From positions 129,028-193,027 of the forward strand of contig JBALXL010000001.1 in assembly GCA_036960805.1 (NCBI GenBank): 64,000 nucleotides of DNA, read 5' to 3'. How positions within the stretch are numbered: the first letter of the stretch is position 1; every line of letters begins with the position of its first letter. Origin of the DNA: Pseudomonadales bacterium. GTDB lineage: Bacteria > Pseudomonadota > Gammaproteobacteria > Pseudomonadales > IMCC2047. Under the pieces are notes generated by a model that was not told the origin of the DNA, did not search any database, and saw only the letters and a program-made list of their open reading frames with translations. A program made the translations under genes and the position numbers. Positions 62,521-64,000 of the stretch are shown in pieces.

Positions 62521-63267
62521 GTGTGGTTTGGAGTGGTTACTCTATTCCCTGAAATGTTCAGCTCGTTTACCGAGCAGGGTGTGACAGGACGCGCGATTAA
62601 AAAAGGTACAGTGCAGACCGAGTTTTGGAATCCTCGTGATTTCACAACTGACAAGCATCACACAGTGGATGATCGGCCTTATGGCGGTGGTCCTGGCATG
62701 TTGATGAAGGTGCAGCCACTTCGCGATGCAATTGCAGCAGCGAAAGAGGCGGCCGGAGAAGGCGCCATAGTGGCATATTTGTCACCTATTGGACGCAAGC
62801 TCGATCAACAGGCAGTAAGTGAGCTGGCACAACGCGACAAGCTAATACTTGTTGCCGGGCGCTACGAAGGTATTGATGAACGTGTTATTGAAGCGGACAT
62901 TGATGAACAGTGGTCAATCGGTGATTTTGTATTGAGCGGTGGCGAATTGGCAGCCATGGTGATGATCGACGCGGTGACGCGTTGGGTGCCGGGCGTACTT
63001 GGGCATGAGGATTCTGCACAACAGGATTCGTTTGCTGAAGGGCTACTGGATTGTCAGCACTATACGCGACCTGAAATATTAGATGGTCAGCAAGTGCCGG
63101 AAGTATTGCTTAGCGGTAATCACGAATTGATTCGTCGTTGGCGCTTACAGCAGTCACTGGGCCGAACCTGGATACACCGACCAGACTTGATTGAACAGGC
63201 AGAATTGAATACAGAGCAACAGACGTTGCTAGAAGAATTTAAGCGGACCTATAAAGGCGCTGAGTAA
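62521..63267 (+). CDS. trmD: tRNA (guanine37-N1)-methyltransferase
   Basis: [32 protein letters not shown]. Confidence 0.98.
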   Translation: MWFGVVTLFPEMFSSFTEQGVTGRAIKKGTVQTEFWNPRDFTTDKHHTVDDRPYGGGPGMLMKVQPLRDAIAAAKEAAGEGAIVAYLSPIGRKLDQQAVSELAQRDKLILVAGRYEGIDERVIEADIDEQWSIGDFVLSGGELAAMVMIDAVTRWVPGVLGHEDSAQQDSFAEGLLDCQHYTRPEILDGQQVPEVLLSGNHELIRRWRLQQSLGRTWIHRPDLIEQAELNTEQQTLLEEFKRTYKGAE

Positions 63268-63323
63268 GTCAGCCCGGTCCATCGCAGATTAGAAATTTAG
63301 GCTATAGCTGGTAGGAGTAAGCA

Positions 63324-63686
63324 ATGAGCGGAAAAAATACAATTATTCAGGCGTTAGAATCTGAGCAAATGGGTGCTGAAATCCCCAATTTTTCATCAGG
63401 TGACACTGTTGTAGTACAAGTTAAAGTTAAAGAAGGAACGCGTGAGCGTTTGCAGGCTTATGAAGGTGTAGTTATCGGTGTTCGTAACCGTGCCCTGAAC
63501 TCTGCATTCACAGTTCGTAAAATCTCTCACGGTGTGGGTGTTGAGCGTACTTTCCAAACGTATAGCAAGCAGATCGATAGCATTGCTGTTAAGCGTCGTG
63601 GTGATGTACGTCAAGCTAAACTGTACTACTTGCGTGAACTGACTGGTCGTGCGGCTCGTATTAAAGAAAAACTTAACACTAAATAG
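63324..63686 (+). CDS. rplS: 50S ribosomal protein L19
   Basis: [32 protein letters not shown]. Confidence 0.98.
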   Translation: MSGKNTIIQALESEQMGAEIPNFSSGDTVVVQVKVKEGTRERLQAYEGVVIGVRNRALNSAFTVRKISHGVGVERTFQTYSKQIDSIAVKRRGDVRQAKLYYLRELTGRAARIKEKLNTK

Positions 63687-63735
63687 CGTTAAGAGCATTC
63701 TTTTACGGTTGCAAGCCTTAGGGCTGAGCAAGAAC

Positions 63736-63770
63736 AAAAAAACGGGCAGATATTCTGCCCGTTTTTTTTT
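63736..63770 (+). terminator. Intrinsic terminator after rplS
   Basis: AAAAAAACGGGCAGA-TAT-TCTGCCCGTTTTTTTTT. Confidence 0.9.
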
Positions 63771-63887
63771 GTTTTGGTATTTTGTGACTACAGTTAAGTA
63801 GTATGAGGTGATGAACCAATTCGGAGAATGTGCCTCTAACTGGCCGAGCTTTTAGTAAGTGATACTTTAATTTGAACAGGAACAGAT

Positions 63888-64000
63888 ATGCGGTTATTTA
63901 AAACAGTTTTGATGGTGTGTAGCTTCAGTTTTGCAGCAATGGGTGTCATGGCAGATGATGCGCTAATTGATACCGACGAAGAGCAGCTAATCATTGATAA
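63888..64000 (+). CDS. Exported protein, 3' truncated (possibly DsbC by synteny)
   Basis: AGGA RBS; MRLFKTVLMVCSFSFAAMGVMA signal peptide; frame open to window end. Confidence 0.6.
   Translation, partial: MRLFKTVLMVCSFSFAAMGVMADDALIDTDEEQLIID

Overview
Chromosomal backbone of a probably marine gammaproteobacterium (Oceanospirillales/Cellvibrionales/Pseudomonadales-like gene order; taxonomy is inference). Conserved blocks: tgt-yajC-secDF, trmJ-cysE-iscRSUA-hscBA-fdx-iscX, ndk-rlmN-pilW-rodZ-hisS-yfgM-bamB-der, and yfjD-ypjD / ffh-rpsP-rimM-trmD-rplS. The middle part is mixed metabolic and signalling content. I saw no rRNA, tRNA, CRISPR array, transposase or prophage gene. Best candidate for an undescribed system: a GlrK-QseG-GlrR (QseEGF) three-component module with no glmY beside it. 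It is followed by three GlrR-type boxes (TGTC-N10-GACA and two variants), an IHF-like site and a sigma-54 promoter, all pointing at a LuxI/FeeM-like acyltransferase gene. Other notable items: a ModE-HTH/PBP regulator divergent from an OprO/P-type porin plus an orphan TupA; a 72-bp GTAG-REP composite element in two inverted copies around lemA; a near-consensus sigma-28 promoter before an Arg-rich orphan; a SerC-like protein with altered active-site residues facing an omega-amidase; and absence of ispG from its usual operon position. All protein calls rest on motifs and synteny recognised by eye, with no database searches.
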